Below are positions 9,209 through 18,397 of a stretch of DNA of 64,000 bases, one piece after another. The first letter of the stretch is position 1, and every line of letters starts with the position of its first letter. The stretch is from positions 214 through 64,213 of the forward strand of contig DATLZA010000078.1 in assembly GCA_035574235.1 (NCBI GenBank), written 5' to 3'. A program made the translations under genes and the position numbers. The stretch is from Planctomycetota bacterium. GTDB lineage: Bacteria; Planctomycetota; MHYJ01; JACPRB01. The notes beneath the pieces were generated by a model. The model was not told where the DNA came from. It saw only the letters and a list, made by a program, of their open reading frames with translations, and did not search any database.

Positions 9209-10645
9209 ATGAGAAAGACGGCTTCCCTTTTGTTGGCGCTTTTCGCATCCGCGTCGATGGGATTCGGCGTCGCCGTCCTGTGGTTGCGAGCCTCCGCGCC
9301 CCCCTCGTCCTCGGAGGGGCAGGTCAAGCCGCTGTGGACCTGTTCGATGCACCCTCAGGTCATCCAGGATAAGCCCGGGAATTGCCCCATTTGCGGGATG
9401 AAGCTTGTCCCGCTCAGGCCGGAGCCCTCCGCCCCGCCGGACCAAGAACGGAAGGTGAAGTATTACTGGGATCCCATGATGAAGCCTCCGTACATCTCGG
9501 ACAAGCCGGGCAAGAGCCCCATGGGAATGGATCTCATTCCGGTCTACGAGGATGAAGTTCGCGCGGGTCCCACCGTGACCATTGATCCGATCATGACGCA
9601 GAACATCGGGATTCGGACCGCGCCGGTCGAGGAAGGGCCCCTCTTCGTGTCGGTTCGAACGGTGGGATACTTTCGGGAGGCGGAACCGCGGCAACGCGAC
9701 ATCACCCTCAAAGTCGGAGGCTGGATCGATAAACTGCATGCCGACACGGAGGGGATCTTCGTCAAAAAGGGAGCTCCGCTCTTCGACCTTTACAGCCCCG
9801 AACTCCTGGTCGCGCAGGAGGAACTTCTGACGGCGGTGCGTGCGCTCGATCGGCTCTCCAAGGAGGCCGACTCGGGCCTGCGCACTGACCGTCAGCGGCT
9901 CGTCGAAAGCGCTCGCCGCAAGCTCTCTCTTTGGGATGTACCCGCCGAAACGATCGATGCGATCCTCCGCGAAGGAGCCGCCCAACTCCGCATCACGTTC
10001 GTCAGTCCGTCCGATGGATACGTCGTCGAGAAGAGGGTCGTGCAGGGATCGGCCGTCGAGGCCGGGATGAAGCTTTTCCGGATCGTGGACCAGAGCATCC
10101 TCTGGCTGGATGCCCAAATCTACGAAGCCCAACTGCCCTCTCTGGCCCTGGGACAAAAGGCCAAAGCCATCGTGAGCAGCCTTCCAGGACGCGATTTTGA
10201 AGGCGAGGTCGTCTACATCTCCCCATCCGTCCATCCCGCGACGCGGACCGCAGTGGCGCGCCTCAGCTTTCCCAATCCGAACCTCGTCCTCAAGCCCGGC
10301 ATGTATGCCACGATCGATCTCCGGGTGCGGGTTGCGGGCCGAACGCTCATCGTTCCGCGCGAGGCGGTCCTCGAAACGGGAGTCCGACAGATCGCCTTCG
10401 TCGCGCGTGACGGTGGGCATTTCGATCCCCGGATTGTTCGCGTGGGGGCCGAGACGGGGGACGGTCGAGTCCAAATTCTTGAGGGGCTCGCGCCGGGGGA
10501 GAAGGTTGTGACGAGCGGGCAGTTCCTCTTGGACGCCGAAAGCCGCATGCGCGAGGCGATCCAGAAGATGACGGGGGAAAACTTGCTCCACCCCCCACCG
10601 CCGGCGAAGCCCGAGGAAAAGTCGCGGCCTTCTCACCTCCATTAG
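9209..10645 (+). CDS. cusB: efflux RND transporter periplasmic adaptor (CusB/CzcB family) with N-terminal heavy-metal-binding domain
   Basis: Signal peptide MRKTASLLLALFASAS. HMBD motif WTCSMHPQVIQDKPGNCPICGMKLVP is followed by membrane-fusion-protein barrel-sandwich/beta-barrel regions. Stop lies 6 nt before the RND pump gene. Confidence 0.85.
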   Translation: MRKTASLLLALFASASMGFGVAVLWLRASAPPSSSEGQVKPLWTCSMHPQVIQDKPGNCPICGMKLVPLRPEPSAPPDQERKVKYYWDPMMKPPYISDKPGKSPMGMDLIPVYEDEVRAGPTVTIDPIMTQNIGIRTAPVEEGPLFVSVRTVGYFREAEPRQRDITLKVGGWIDKLHADTEGIFVKKGAPLFDLYSPELLVAQEELLTAVRALDRLSKEADSGLRTDRQRLVESARRKLSLWDVPAETIDAILREGAAQLRITFVSPSDGYVVEKRVVQGSAVEAGMKLFRIVDQSILWLDAQIYEAQLPSLALGQKAKAIVSSLPGRDFEGEVVYISPSVHPATRTAVARLSFPNPNLVLKPGMYATIDLRVRVAGRTLIVPREAVLETGVRQIAFVARDGGHFDPRIVRVGAETGDGRVQILEGLAPGEKVVTSGQFLLDAESRMREAIQKMTGENLLHPPPPAKPEEKSRPSHLH

Positions 10646-10651
10646 GAGGAC

Positions 10652-13600
10652 GTGATGATCCGAAACATCATCGAGTACTCCGTCCGGAATAAGGCGCTCG
10701 TCCTTTTCCTCACGGCGATCGTCACCGTGCTCGGTGTCTGGGCCGCCCGCACCATCCGCCTTGACGCGATCCCCGATCTTTCCGACGTGCAGGTCATCAT
10801 CGTCACGGAGTACCCTGGCCAAGCCCCTCAGGTCGTCGACGACCAGGTCACCTACCCCCTCGCGACCGCGATGCTCTCCGTCCCCGGCTCGACTTTCGTT
10901 CGCGGCTACAGCATGTTCGAACTCTCCTTCGTCTACGTCCTCTTCGAGGATGGGACGGACATCTACTGGGCGCGGAGCCGCGTCCTTGAATACCTGAACT
11001 TCGCCCGCGACCGCCTGCCCAAGGGAATCGAACCCAAGCTCGGGCCCGACGCCACCGGCGTGGGATGGGTCTATCAGTACGTCCTTCATCCGGGCTACTA
11101 TTGCCCCGAGCATCCCCGGGGAATCTGGCATGACGCGAAAGGCGCGTGGTTTTCAAAGCCTGGAGAGGGGCTTGCGAAAGTTCGTGCCTTCGACACTCCT
11201 GGGCAGTGTCCCCTCGATGGAAGGGACCTCGTCCCCGCAAACCAGGACCTCGCGCAACTGCGGAGTCTTCAGGACTGGTATCTGCGATATCCTCTGACGG
11301 CCGTCGAGGGGGTCTCCGAAGTCGCTTCGATCGGCGGTTTCGTCCGCCAGTACCAAGTGGTCCTCGACCCTAACCGCCTCCTGGCATACAAACTGCCGCT
11401 CAAGGATGTGGTCATGGCGATCGAGCGCTCGAACCGCGATGTGGGCGGAGCCGTGATCGAAATTTCCGAAAACGAGTACATGGTTCGGAGCCGCGGGTAT
11501 CTCAATGGACTGAAAGACCTCGGAAAGACGCCCGTCGGCCTGGGCGATGACGGCACTCCCGTGCTCCTGGCGAACGTGGCCGCCCTTGAAGTCGGCGGCG
11601 AGATGCGGCGCGGGGTGGGCGAATGGAACGGCCACGGCGAGGCGGTGGGCGGAGTCGTCGTCGCTCGCTTCGGAGAGAACGCCTACAAAGTGATCCGGGA
11701 CGCCAAGGCGAAGCTCGCGCAGCTCGAGGACGGCCTTCCGCCCGGGGTCTCCATCAAGACGACCTACGATCGCTCGGCCTTGATCGAGCGCGCCGTCGAG
11801 ACACTCAACCGCGCCGTGATCGAAGAATTGGTCGTTGTGGGCATCATCGGCTTCGTCTTCCTGGCTCACGTCCGGAGCGCGGTGGTGGCGATGATCGTTC
11901 TCCCGATCGGCCTCCTCATCTCGATTCTCGTCATGCAGATCCTGGGGATCAACGCGAACATCATGAGCCTGGGCGGCCTGGCCCTCGCGATCGGGGTCAT
12001 GGTGGATTCGGGCGTCGTGATGATCGAGAACGCCCACAAGCACTTGGCGATGGAGGAGGAGAAAAAGGGGCGGGGGGAAGCCGTGCGATCCCGGACGGAA
12101 GTGATTCTCGAGGCGGCCAAGGAAGTGGGCCCGAGCCTTTTCTTTTCGCTTCTCGTCATCACGGTATCTTTCCTTCCCATCTTTGTTCTGGGGGACCAGT
12201 CCGGACGTCTGTTCAAGCCTCTGGCTTACACGAAGACCTTCGCGATCGCGGCAGGCGCGATCCTGGGAATCACGATTGTTCCCGTCCTCATGATCACCTG
12301 TATTCGAGGGAAGCTTCCCAAGGAGGAAAGGAACCCCGTCAACCGGCTCTCCGAGGCGGCTTACGCTCCCTTATTTCGCCTGGTCATGAAGTTCCCCAAA
12401 GCGACCCTTCTTGCGGTCCTCCTCATCGGCCTTTCGACCCTCTATCCTCTCTCAAGAATCGGAACCGAGTTCATGCCGCCCCTCGACGAGGGAGACCTCC
12501 TTTACATGCCGACCACGGACCCGTCGATCAGCGTGACCAAATCGAAGGAGCTCCTTCAACAGACGGACAAACTCATCAAGACCTTCCCGGAAGTGGTGAG
12601 CGTCCACGGGAAGATCGGACGGGCCGAGAGCGCCACGGACCCGGCGCCGCTCTCCATGATCGAGACCGTCGTCCAGCTGGAGCCGGATACGACGAAATGG
12701 CCGAAGCGCAAAGTGGATTATTTTTTCAGCTCCTGGCCGGGCTGGCTCAAGTGGCCCTTAACGATCACCTTTTGGCCGGAGGAGCGGAAGATCACAACCG
12801 AGGAACTGGTTCATGGCTGGACCGACCCGGACGGGACGCGCCATCCGGGCTTGAACGAGGTCGTAAGCCTCCCCGGGATCGCCAATGCCTGGCCCTATCC
12901 GATCGAGAACCGGATCAACATGCTCACGACCGGGATCAAGACGCCCGTCGGGATCAAGGTCATGGGGGACGACCTCGGGAAGCTTTCCGAGATCGCCGAG
13001 CATATTGCGGTCTCGATCCGCAAGGTGCCCGGCACGCTTTCGGCCTATCCCGAGCGGACGATGGGAGGTTACTACCTCGACATCCAGGTGAGACGCGAGG
13101 AGGCGGCGAGATACGGTCTCACCGTGGGAGATGTCCAGGATGTGGTCATGTCGGCGATCGGCGGGATGAACGTGACGACCACCGTGGAAGGGCTCCAGCG
13201 TTATCCGGTCAATGTCCGCTACGCGCGGGAGCTCAAGGACGACCTTCCTTCCCTTCGGAGGACGCTCGTTGCGGCCCCGACCGGCCTTCAGGTCCCGCTG
13301 GAGCAGCTGGCCGAAATCAGCATCAAGCCCGGTCCACCCATGATCCGGAGCGAGAACGCCCAGCGGACCGCGTGGGTCTTCGTAGACATCGCGGGCCGAG
13401 ACCTGGGCGGCTACGTCAAGGAAGCCAAACGGGTCATTGGGGAAGAGGTCCCGCTTCCGGCCGGCACCGCGCTCGTCTGGTCCGGCCGGTTCGAGTATCT
13501 GGAGCAGGCGAACAAACGCCTGAGCGTGGTGATTCCGGTCACGCTGGCCCTCATCGTCCTCCTTCTCTACATCTCGAACAAGAGCTGGTTCCGGGTCTTC

Positions 13601-14059
13601 GTGGTGCTGGCGGCAGTTCCCTTCAGCCTGATCGGCGCCTTCTGGTTTCTTCATGCCCTGGGGTACAACATGAGTCTTGCCGTTTGGGTCGGAATCATCG
13701 CTCTGCTGGGCGTCGACGCCGAGACCGGCCAGGTCATGCTTCTCTACCTCGACACGACCTTTGAACGCTTCAAGTCCGAGGGCCGAATGCGTACCCCCAA
13801 AGATCTCTTCGACGCGGTCTACGAGGGGGCCGTGAAACGGATCCGCCCGAAAACGATGACGGTTGCGACGGACATGATCGGCCTCCTCCCGCTCATGTGG
13901 GCGACCGGGACGGGGGCGGACGTGACCCGCCGCCTCGTGGCTCCTTTAATCGGCGGGATCGCGGTGAGTTTCTTGATGGAACTCCTCGTCTATCCCGTGA
14001 TCTTCTATCTCTGGAAGCGGCGCCGTCTTCGGAAGGAAGGAGTGTGGGCGGCGGCATGA
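10652..14059 (+). CDS. cusA: heavy-metal efflux RND pump, CusA/CzcA (HME) family
   Basis: 1135-aa 12-TM RND protein beginning MMIRNIIEYSVRNKALVLFLTAIV, with an AGGAGG RBS 7 nt upstream. The HME-RND conserved N-terminus and the long periplasmic loops are present. Confidence 0.9.
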   Translation: MMIRNIIEYSVRNKALVLFLTAIVTVLGVWAARTIRLDAIPDLSDVQVIIVTEYPGQAPQVVDDQVTYPLATAMLSVPGSTFVRGYSMFELSFVYVLFEDGTDIYWARSRVLEYLNFARDRLPKGIEPKLGPDATGVGWVYQYVLHPGYYCPEHPRGIWHDAKGAWFSKPGEGLAKVRAFDTPGQCPLDGRDLVPANQDLAQLRSLQDWYLRYPLTAVEGVSEVASIGGFVRQYQVVLDPNRLLAYKLPLKDVVMAIERSNRDVGGAVIEISENEYMVRSRGYLNGLKDLGKTPVGLGDDGTPVLLANVAALEVGGEMRRGVGEWNGHGEAVGGVVVARFGENAYKVIRDAKAKLAQLEDGLPPGVSIKTTYDRSALIERAVETLNRAVIEELVVVGIIGFVFLAHVRSAVVAMIVLPIGLLISILVMQILGINANIMSLGGLALAIGVMVDSGVVMIENAHKHLAMEEEKKGRGEAVRSRTEVILEAAKEVGPSLFFSLLVITVSFLPIFVLGDQSGRLFKPLAYTKTFAIAAGAILGITIVPVLMITCIRGKLPKEERNPVNRLSEAAYAPLFRLVMKFPKATLLAVLLIGLSTLYPLSRIGTEFMPPLDEGDLLYMPTTDPSISVTKSKELLQQTDKLIKTFPEVVSVHGKIGRAESATDPAPLSMIETVVQLEPDTTKWPKRKVDYFFSSWPGWLKWPLTITFWPEERKITTEELVHGWTDPDGTRHPGLNEVVSLPGIANAWPYPIENRINMLTTGIKTPVGIKVMGDDLGKLSEIAEHIAVSIRKVPGTLSAYPERTMGGYYLDIQVRREEAARYGLTVGDVQDVVMSAIGGMNVTTTVEGLQRYPVNVRYARELKDDLPSLRRTLVAAPTGLQVPLEQLAEISIKPGPPMIRSENAQRTAWVFVDIAGRDLGGYVKEAKRVIGEEVPLPAGTALVWSGRFEYLEQANKRLSVVIPVTLALIVLLLYISNKSWFRVFVVLAAVPFSLIGAFWFLHALGYNMSLAVWVGIIALLGVDAETGQVMLLYLDTTFERFKSEGRMRTPKDLFDAVYEGAVKRIRPKTMTVATDMIGLLPLMWATGTGADVTRRLVAPLIGGIAVSFLMELLVYPVIFYLWKRRRLRKEGVWAAA

Positions 14060-14628
14060 GAAAGAAAGTCCGGAACTTTTCGCCTTTTCTTCCCGGCGCG
14101 CGTGCCTTCCGCCCGGCGGGGGAAGAGGCGGAGCGCGATCGTGCGACGAAAGCCTGTCCCCGCGAGACGCTGCCCCCTTTGCCCCAGGACGCCTCCCTCG
14201 ATGCGATCCCGCACTCTTCCTTTCTCGCCAACGGCGATCTTGAGGCACGCTGCCGGCCATGGATCGCCGCGACGGCGCAAATCCTCCGGGATTCGAGTTC
14301 GATGACGACGGTGAAGCTCACCTGCGCTCAGATGATCGACAATCCGGTGACCGCATGGCCCCAGATCCCCTTCGGCGTCGCAAACGACTCCATGACCATC
14401 ATCCCCTGGCCGCGCACGGTCGGGACGGCGGCACGGCGCGCTCTTGAGATCGCTCCCGCCGCTGGCGCCCGGTTCGAGCCGGCGCGCCTTGAACTTCGAG
14501 CCCGGACCCTCGGCGCCTGTCTTGAATACGCCTTCCTTGCCGTTCTTCCCCGAGTCGTCCGTCATGTCGTAAACGCAGAAGGTCGTCCTGTTTCGCCTGC
14601 GGACCAAGACGCGGCCCCCCCGGGCTGA
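14056..14628 (+). CDS. hypothetical protein (190 aa), translationally coupled to cusA
   Basis: ATG at 14056 overlaps the cusA stop (ATGA, 14056-14059). The ORF ends 7 nt before the GTG start of the P-type ATPase. Sequence is low-complexity and Ala/Arg/Pro-rich, so this could be frame shadow. Other-frame ORFs here (14102..14305, 13893..14321 minus) are equally weak. Confidence 0.3.
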   Translation: MRKKVRNFSPFLPGARAFRPAGEEAERDRATKACPRETLPPLPQDASLDAIPHSSFLANGDLEARCRPWIAATAQILRDSSSMTTVKLTCAQMIDNPVTAWPQIPFGVANDSMTIIPWPRTVGTAARRALEIAPAAGARFEPARLELRARTLGACLEYAFLAVLPRVVRHVVNAEGRPVSPADQDAAPPG

Positions 14629-14635
14629 TTTCACC

Positions 14636-17275
14636 GTGAAAATCGAAACCCTTGCGCCCTCCGGGCTGGCGCCGGCCTGGCATGCTCTCCCCGTGGACGG
14701 CGTCAGGGCGCTGCTTAAGACCGATGCCCAGGAGGGGCTCTCACAAGCAGAAGCCCTTCGGAGGTCTTCCGAGTTCGGCCCCAATCGCCTTCCCTCGCCC
14801 CCCAGGCGAACGAATCTCCGGATGTTTCTCAGTCAATTTTCCAGTGTGCTCACGGGGATTCTGATGGGGGCCGCGACGCTTGCGGCCTTCCTAGGGGAGA
14901 TCGCCGATTCGCTGACCATTGTGGCGATCCTCTTTCTGAACGCCCTCGTCGGTTTCCTTCAAGAGCGGCGAGCCGCCGACGCCCTCGCGGCCCTTCGAAA
15001 GATGACGGCTCCCCACGCACGGGTAAAGCGCGAGGGACAGATCGTCGTCATCCCCGCGGCGAACCTTGTGCCGGGGGACCTCGTGCTCCTTGAGGCGGGC
15101 GACCCGGTGCCCGCGGATCTGCGACTGGTCCACACTTCTGCACTTCGGACGGAAGAGGCCGCGCTCACGGGTGAATCGGAGCCCGTAGACAAGAATTCCG
15201 CGACGGTCCTTGACGGTTCCACCCCCCTGGCGGGACGGGCGAATATGGCCTACCTGGGAACACTCGTCGCCGCCGGGATGGGAACAGGATGGGTCGTAGC
15301 GACCGGGACCCGAACCGAGTTTGGAAAAATCGCGGAGCTCGTACGCGCCACAGAAGAGGACGAGACGCCCCTCCAAACACGTCTCCGGAGTTTTGGGAAG
15401 ACCCTCGTGGGGGCGACCGGCGTCATAATCGTCCTGGTGTTCCTTCTCGGGCTTCTCAGGAACGTTCCCCTTCTTGAGATGGCGCTGACCTCCGTGAGCC
15501 TTGCCGTAGCCGCGGTTCCAGAGGGATTGCCCGCGGTCGTGACCATCGCGCTTGCCCTCGGCGTTCATCGCATGGCCCGCAAAGGGACCCTGATCCGAAG
15601 ACTCTCTTCGGTGGAAACACTGGGCTGCACGACCGTCATCTGCTCGGACAAAACCGGAACTCTCACGGTCGGACGAATGACCGTTCGACGTGTGGAAACC
15701 CTGGAAGGAGGAATCGAGATCGACGAGGTCGCGCGCATGGAAGTGCCGGATCCCGTCTACCGTGTCCTCTGGGCCTCCGCGGCCTGTTGTACGGCACGCC
15801 TCGTGGAGCGGGACGGTTCGGTGCAGCTCGCGGGGGATCCGACGGAAGGAGCGATTCTCCTTGCGAGTCGGAAAGCAGGGATCACCGCCGAAGTCATCGA
15901 TGCCCGCGAGCCCCTCATCTCCATTCGTCCCTTCGATGCCGAGCGCAAGCGGATGTCCTGCGTTCGCAAAGCAGGGGACAAGGACCGCTCTTATGTCAAA
16001 GGCGCTCCCGAGGTGATCCTCCCTCGATGCGCGTCGCTCCAGGAGGAGGGTACCCGAAATCGGGCGTTACGCCGGATGGACGAGATGGCCGGGGAAGGAC
16101 TCCGGGTCTTGGCGGTGGCTGTGCGAGATGTCTCGGCCGGAGAGGATCCGGAGGACCGGCTGGTCTTTCTCGGGCTGGTGGGACTCCAGGATCCGCCGAG
16201 GCCCGAAGCGAAAAACGCCGTCGCGACGTGCCGGCGGGCGGGAATCCGGCCGGTCATGATCACGGGCGACAACCCTCGAACAGCCCTGGCCGTCGCGCGC
16301 GCCTTGGGAATCGCCGAGAAAGAGGAAGAAGTTCTGACCGGGCCGGCTCTCGGCTCCATGGATGACGATACGCTGGCCCGTCGCGTGGAGCAGATTTCGG
16401 TGTACGCCAGGGTAGACCCCGAACACAAACTGAGAATCGTCCGCGCGTGGAAAGCCCGAGGCGCCGTCGTGGCCATGACGGGAGATGGCGTCAACGACGC
16501 CCCCGCCCTCAAAGGCGCCGACATCGGGATCGCCATGGGCAAAACGGGCACCGAGGTGGCGAAAGACGCCTCCGCCATGGTGATTACCGACGACAATTTC
16601 GCATCGATCGTCTCGGCTGTGGAAGAGGGGCGCGCCATCTTCGAGAACATTCGAAAAACGCTTCTTTATCTTCTGAGCGGAAACACGGCTGAACTTTTGA
16701 TCATGGGGATCGCCGTGATCGCGGGCTGGCCGCTTCCCCTCATGCCCATCCAGCTCCTCTGGGTCAATCTCGTCACGGATGGACTTCCCGCTCTGGCGCT
16801 GGTAACCGATCCTTCCGACAGAGATCTCCTTCGCCAGCGACCGCGGCCTCCAGGCCAGGAGATCGTGGATCGGAATTTTATTTCCTGGATGCTCATCGGT
16901 GGCCTCTTGATCGCCCTCTCCACGTTGGCCGGGTTCCTCTATGGACTCGAAATCGAGCATTCTCTCGAAAAGGCCCGTGCCTACGCCTTTTCGACGCTGG
17001 TGATGGGCGAGGTGCTCCGTGCGTTCGCTTCCCGAAGTCGAACTCGCATTCTTTGGGAGATCGGCCTGGGGTCCAACATGCGTTTGGTCGTCATCGCCGT
17101 GCTGACCCTCGGATTGCAGATCTACAGCCACCATTCCGGAATCCTGGAAGGATTTTTGAAGACCGGAGCGTTGACGTTCGGAGAATGCATGGGATCTCTT
17201 GCCCTGGCGGTGGTGCCCGTAACGGTACTCGAGGTGTGGAAACTCGCCCGGCGGCTCTTTATCGAGACGACGTGA
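14636..17275 (+). CDS. cation-transporting P-type ATPase, P2 type (Ca2+/Mg2+-ATPase-like, not a P1B heavy-metal pump)
   Basis: GTG start. Cation_ATPase_N motif (GLSQAEALRRSSEFGPNRLP) and a PEGLP TM4 motif are present. Phosphorylation site CSDKTGTLT is present. KGAPE, MITGDN and GDGVNDAPALK also match the P2 class. No CPC/CPx metal-pump motif is present. Confidence 0.9.
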   Translation: MKIETLAPSGLAPAWHALPVDGVRALLKTDAQEGLSQAEALRRSSEFGPNRLPSPPRRTNLRMFLSQFSSVLTGILMGAATLAAFLGEIADSLTIVAILFLNALVGFLQERRAADALAALRKMTAPHARVKREGQIVVIPAANLVPGDLVLLEAGDPVPADLRLVHTSALRTEEAALTGESEPVDKNSATVLDGSTPLAGRANMAYLGTLVAAGMGTGWVVATGTRTEFGKIAELVRATEEDETPLQTRLRSFGKTLVGATGVIIVLVFLLGLLRNVPLLEMALTSVSLAVAAVPEGLPAVVTIALALGVHRMARKGTLIRRLSSVETLGCTTVICSDKTGTLTVGRMTVRRVETLEGGIEIDEVARMEVPDPVYRVLWASAACCTARLVERDGSVQLAGDPTEGAILLASRKAGITAEVIDAREPLISIRPFDAERKRMSCVRKAGDKDRSYVKGAPEVILPRCASLQEEGTRNRALRRMDEMAGEGLRVLAVAVRDVSAGEDPEDRLVFLGLVGLQDPPRPEAKNAVATCRRAGIRPVMITGDNPRTALAVARALGIAEKEEEVLTGPALGSMDDDTLARRVEQISVYARVDPEHKLRIVRAWKARGAVVAMTGDGVNDAPALKGADIGIAMGKTGTEVAKDASAMVITDDNFASIVSAVEEGRAIFENIRKTLLYLLSGNTAELLIMGIAVIAGWPLPLMPIQLLWVNLVTDGLPALALVTDPSDRDLLRQRPRPPGQEIVDRNFISWMLIGGLLIALSTLAGFLYGLEIEHSLEKARAYAFSTLVMGEVLRAFASRSRTRILWEIGLGSNMRLVVIAVLTLGLQIYSHHSGILEGFLKTGALTFGECMGSLALAVVPVTVLEVWKLARRLFIETT

Positions 17276-17647
17276 CGGTCGGGCACGCCCATTGAACGAA
17301 GCATTCTCCTTCGCGCTGTGGAATTATCCACCTTCTTACAGATTTTCCGGCGGGCAACGATCGCCCAGAAGGGGCTCTCCCAAGGGAATGTCCTGGAACA
17401 CGTCGGAGTTTAAACGAGACGTTTCCGCTCCGATCCCGTCGGACCTGAGAACGAAAGGAAGCGCGCCGGAGCCAGCGGGGCGATCCTTCTTTTCAGGGCT
17501 ATCTCATCCTTCCAACCGGATCGACGTTTTCACGCCCCCCCTTCCCACGTCGCAGGGGACTCCTTTGGGGTCCCGAGGCCTCAGGCCCGAAGGAGGACGT
17601 TTCGCCGTGCCCTCGCTTCCTCGCCGTTTCCTTCCAATGCCGTGGCG

Positions 17648-17818
17648 TCAGACGTTGGATCCCGGGACCTCCTGGAGCGCATCGATCTCCAAGTCCCGCG
17701 GGACCCCAAGTCGCTGGAGTCGCAGGCTTTCCTTCTCCAGCTCCCGCAGCCTCCGTCCCGTCTCCGTCTCCTTCAGGATCCGGACGATCGGCTCCTTCCC
17801 GAATCGCTCCCTCTTCAT
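17648..17818 (-). mobile_element. IS3-family (IS407-like) OrfA transposase remnant, 56 codons, with in-frame loss of the HTH segment
   Basis: Minus-strand translation MKRERFGKEPIVRILKETETGRRLRELEKESLRLQRLGVPRDLEIDALQEVPGSNV. The first 21 aa and the leucine-zipper part match the IS3 OrfA consensus (MKKRFTEEQIIGFLKEAEAG...RRLKDLETENARLKKLL). The roughly 32 aa between them are missing and no OrfB follows. Embedded in a 1.1-kb low-GC non-coding scar (17276-18397). Confidence 0.45.
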
Positions 17819-18397
17819 CGATCCTCCTTCCCCGATCAGAGGATCTTGAACACCGAAATTTCTCGCAGGCCCTGATTTTGGAAAGCGGGCCCGGCGTGCC
17901 CGGCTTGGTCAGAATTCCGCTGCCAGCCCCCCTCGACCGGACGTTTCGCGGGATTTCCCGGGTCTTCCCGGAAAAATACCGACTATGAACCTCCTCCCCC
18001 CCCCTCAAAAAGCCGCCCTACGACGTTGGCAACGCGCTTGCGTAATGCGTCTCGAAATGAGGCGGACACAAGAAACAACCGATTGCAGATGGACAGAAGA
18101 GTTCGGCCTTCGGAGACCCATCCGTGTCGTCGGATTTCGCCGCCGAACGACGCCGCGCCATACGATGCTTGCTGACGTACCGGATCGCTTTTCCGATCCC
18201 TGCGGTGACCTTTCGGCGTTCCGGCTCGTCGGTCTTGACGAGAAACGTTCTCTGGGGCAAGGCCCTCCTCATAACGACATCTCTGGCCCACGCGTCTTGG
18301 CCTGTGGAAAGAAGCATTTCCGTCTTCGTCGACGAGTCGATGTCAACGACGTTACCGCCGCACCGGACGAAATCCTGCAAGCGATGGAGGAAGCCGA

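Noticed and set aside
14102-14447. Small plus-strand ORFs 14102..14305 and 14259..14447 between cusA and the ATPase
   Set aside because: Arg/Pro-rich shadows of the longer 14056..14628 frame, with no RBS.
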